Below are positions 62,130-64,000 of a DNA stretch of 64,000 nt, in pieces. The first letter of the stretch is position 1, and each line of letters begins with the position of its first letter. The translations under genes were made by a program, and so were the position numbers. Under the pieces are notes generated by a model. It worked only from the letters and a program-made list of their open reading frames with translations. It was not told where the DNA came from and did no database searches. This DNA is from an uncultured Actinomycetes bacterium (GTDB taxonomy: Bacteria > Actinomycetota > Acidimicrobiia > Acidimicrobiales > RAAP-2): the NCBI GenBank assembly GCA_903860745.1, contig CAIORQ010000026.1, forward strand, positions 25,825 through 89,824. Direction: 5' to 3'.

Positions 62130-62918
62130 CTACTGCTTCAAGAATTCAGTGAGTTCGCGCTCGAACAGGGCCGCGCGCAGGGCCTCGACGTCCTGGGCCG
62201 CCCCCAGGCGCACTGCCGTCGTCTCCTCGGCACCCGATCCGCTCGAGCGAACGTCGGCGGTCAGGCCGTCGATGATGCCCACTTCGCGCTCCACGACTCG
62301 CCGCAACGCGCCGAGCAGGCGCGGGTCCGCACCATCACGCAAGAGCACGCCGCAGGACCGAGCCACCGCCACGTCGAGCGGCGAGAAGCAGGGCTCGCCC
62401 TCGTGCACCACGGGGGTCACCAATCCGAGCGAGAAGACCTTGTTGAGGATGTCGGGCTCGAGGCCGCTGGCCTCGAGGAGCTCTCCAGCGGTCAACGGTG
62501 CCGCTTCGACCTCGACGTCCGAACCGGTCTCGCCCGACCCGTCCTCGACGTCGCGGACCACGCTCAGTGCCCGCGCCACGGTCGGCACGGGCAGGGACAC
62601 GACCTTGGCCTGCGCGCTTCTCGCCGCCTGGCGCGGTGCGGCGGCCGGGCGATGGTCGTCCCTCAACAGCCCCTGTTCGATGAGGCGGATGCGGATGACC
62701 CGCAAGGGCACGAACTCCTCGTCGGCCAGGCGGATGGCCTCGCGCAGGCAGTCGACGTCCTTCTCGGAGTACAGACGGTACCCCTTGCGACTACGGGCCG
62801 GGGCCACCAGGCCCATCTCCTCGTAGTACCGGATCTTCGAGAGTTCCAGGTCGGGGTGGTCCTGACGCAGTAGCGCGTGGACCTGACCGATCTTCAGTGG
62901 CGACACCGGCGGGTTCAC
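62130..62918 (-). CDS. MerR-family transcriptional regulator (Rv1828/FtsR-like)
   Basis: N-terminal HTH IGQVHALLRQDHPDLELSKIRYYEEMGLVAPARSRKGYRLYSEKDV. Position between the FHA gene and the DUF151 gene. Confidence 0.85.
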   Translation of the reverse strand: MNPPVSPLKIGQVHALLRQDHPDLELSKIRYYEEMGLVAPARSRKGYRLYSEKDVDCLREAIRLADEEFVPLRVIRIRLIEQGLLRDDHRPAAAPRQAARSAQAKVVSLPVPTVARALSVVRDVEDGSGETGSDVEVEAAPLTAGELLEASGLEPDILNKVFSLGLVTPVVHEGEPCFSPLDVAVARSCGVLLRDGADPRLLGALRRVVEREVGIIDGLTADVRSSGSGAEETTAVRLGAAQDVEALRAALFERELTEFLKQ

Positions 62919-63388
62919 GCGGCCGCTTCCCAGAAGACCAACTTGAACTTGCCGATCTGGACCTCGTCAGCGGAGTGCAGGGTCGTCTCCTCGACGCGCA
63001 CACCGTTGACGTACGTGCCGTTGAGCGAGTTGAGGTCTCGTAGGGTGACCCGACCGCTCACCGTGCGAGTGAAGATCGCGTGGTGACGCGACACCGAGAC
63101 GTCGTCGAGCAGCAGGTCGCTGCTCTGGTCGCGTCCCGCCGTCGTGACCTCCTTGAGGAGGTTGAATCGAGTGCCCGCCGCGTTGCCGGTGATGATCACG
63201 AGCTCGTCGACGTGCGACTCTCCGCGACCCTTCTCGGCGTTGGTGATCGGTGCTTCGACCGCGTTGACCACGGGCATGGCGATGGTCTCCGCCGATGTCA
63301 CGTCGTGCTGGGGCGCCCCGCAGGACCAGCAGAAGTTAGCGTTCGCGTTGAGAATTTCTCCGCAGCGTCGGCAGTTCATTCGCATCAC
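62915..63388 (-). CDS. FHA-domain protein with N-terminal zinc-ribbon (GarA/OdhI position)
   Basis: CRRCGEIL..ANFCWSCGAP zinc ribbon, then FHA core (TAGRDQSSDLLLDDVSVSRHHAIF...LNGTYVNG). Immediately downstream of gcvH. Confidence 0.88.
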   Translation of the reverse strand: MMRMNCRRCGEILNANANFCWSCGAPQHDVTSAETIAMPVVNAVEAPITNAEKGRGESHVDELVIITGNAAGTRFNLLKEVTTAGRDQSSDLLLDDVSVSRHHAIFTRTVSGRVTLRDLNSLNGTYVNGVRVEETTLHSADEVQIGKFKLVFWEAAA

Positions 63389-63418
63389 ACTACTTAGATT
63401 TCGTGGGTCGCGTCAGGG

Positions 63419-63799
63419 CTAGTGGTTCGTCAACGCGCCGTAGGCGTCAGCGTCCAAGAGAGCCTCGTAGCCGCTCGTGTCGTCGACCGAGATCTCGCAG
63501 AGCCAGCCCTCGCCGTAGGGGTCGGAGTTGACCAACTCGGGCGCCGAGCGCAGGGTCTCGTTGACCGCGACCACCGTGCCGGAGATCGGCGCGTAGATCT
63601 CCGAGACCGACTTGGTGGACTCGACCTCGCCCAGAGTCTCGCCCACCGCGACGGTGGTGCCGACCTTGGGCAGGTCGACGAAGACCACGTCGCCCAGCGC
63701 GTCCTGGGCGTAGTCGGTGATGCCCACGCGAACGGTGGACCCGGTGACTCCCGCCCACTCGTGGTCATTGGAATATCGGAGTTCAGAAGGGATCTGCAT
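63419..63799 (-). CDS. gcvH: glycine cleavage system H protein
   Basis: Lipoyl-Lys context GEVESTKSVSEIYAPISG. 126 aa. Confidence 0.93.
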   Translation of the reverse strand: MQIPSELRYSNDHEWAGVTGSTVRVGITDYAQDALGDVVFVDLPKVGTTVAVGETLGEVESTKSVSEIYAPISGTVVAVNETLRSAPELVNSDPYGEGWLCEISVDDTSGYEALLDADAYGALTNH

Positions 63800-63815
63800 G
63801 CTTAGAGAATCTAGT

Positions 63816-64000
63816 TCACCGACGCGCCGCGCGCCCCCGGGCGAGGGCCCTCGTCGCCGGTCGGATGTAGCCGAAGAAGACCACCCACGCGAGGCCCAGC
63901 CCCGCCACGCCCACCACCCAGGTGGCGTCGCGAACGACGTGCTGCCAGGCCTCGAGCGGCCCCGGATGGGCGTTCGTGGTGAGCAGGAAGAGCGGGAAGG
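63816..64000 (-). CDS. 3' end of a membrane-protein gene running out of the window
   Basis: Open frame with very high GC3, ending at TGA (63816-63818). Encodes a hydrophobic helix (ATWVVGVAGLGLAWVVFFGY) and a basic tail. Identity unknown. Confidence 0.4.
   Translation of the reverse strand, partial: FPLFLLTTNAHPGPLEAWQHVVRDATWVVGVAGLGLAWVVFFGYIRPATRALARGRAARR

Noticed and set aside
1-64000. tRNA, rRNA, tmRNA, RNase P or SRP RNA genes, transposases, integrases, prophage genes, toxin-antitoxin pairs or defence systems
   Set aside because: I scanned by eye for T-loop GGTTCGA(A/G)TCC contexts outside CDSs, RNase P GAGGAAAGTCC, and tmRNA/SRP cores, and found none. No ORF shows DDE/tyrosine-recombinase or known defence-gene motifs. 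Absence cannot be proven without tRNAscan, Infernal or HMMER.

Overview
High-GC, strongly GC3-biased chromosomal segment from an Actinomycetota-type genome. It holds about 70 tightly packed genes, many joined by 1-, 4- or 8-nt start/stop overlaps, and is almost all core metabolism and cell-envelope housekeeping. I saw no rRNA, tRNA, CRISPR array, transposase or integrase.

Landmarks, left to right:
- gltD (3' part), then a tetR/mmpL divergent pair, an acyl-CoA ligase, a LOG-family gene coupled to fbiC (F420 FO synthase), and a tkt-tal-pgi operon.
- Three small membrane/basic proteins chained to trmI, then a ferredoxin.
- A co-directional 10.8-kb array: arc/mpa-dop-pup-prcB-prcA-pafA-lepB-lepB-tatA/B-tatC-helY.
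- A 537-aa ThyX-like protein, an acidic DUF4193 protein, a GNAT, an Arg-rich repeat protein and HtrA.
- A visibly lower-GC accessory stretch (about 31.7-35.7 kb) with small membrane proteins, a CAP/SCP-like secreted protein, a GNAT, paired crcB genes and a 577-bp ORF-poor gap.
- A frameshifted APC permease, a PuuD-like amidotransferase, a P450, two large membrane proteins and a GlnA-like gamma-glutamyl ligase.
- A homoprotocatechuate-type meta-cleavage operon (FAH-hpaE-hpaD-ADC-like-marR).
- A TPP riboswitch leading a CytX/NCS1 permease and an APH-fold kinase.
- gcvT-gcvPA-gcvPB behind a MerR gene, and the conserved gcvH-FHA-MerR(FtsR-like)-DUF151 block.

I did not find a clear-cut novel multi-gene system such as a defence island. 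The best candidates for undescribed biology are:
- the riboswitch-controlled permease/APH-kinase pair;
- two tandem signal peptidases where mycobacteria carry pafBC;
- the long ThyX-like/DUF4193 pairing;
- an acetoacetate-decarboxylase-family enzyme inside the hpa operon;
- the ORF-poor 32.6-33.2 kb gap;
- a composite palindrome in front of the MerR-gcv operon.

All family assignments come from motif recognition by eye. No searches were run.
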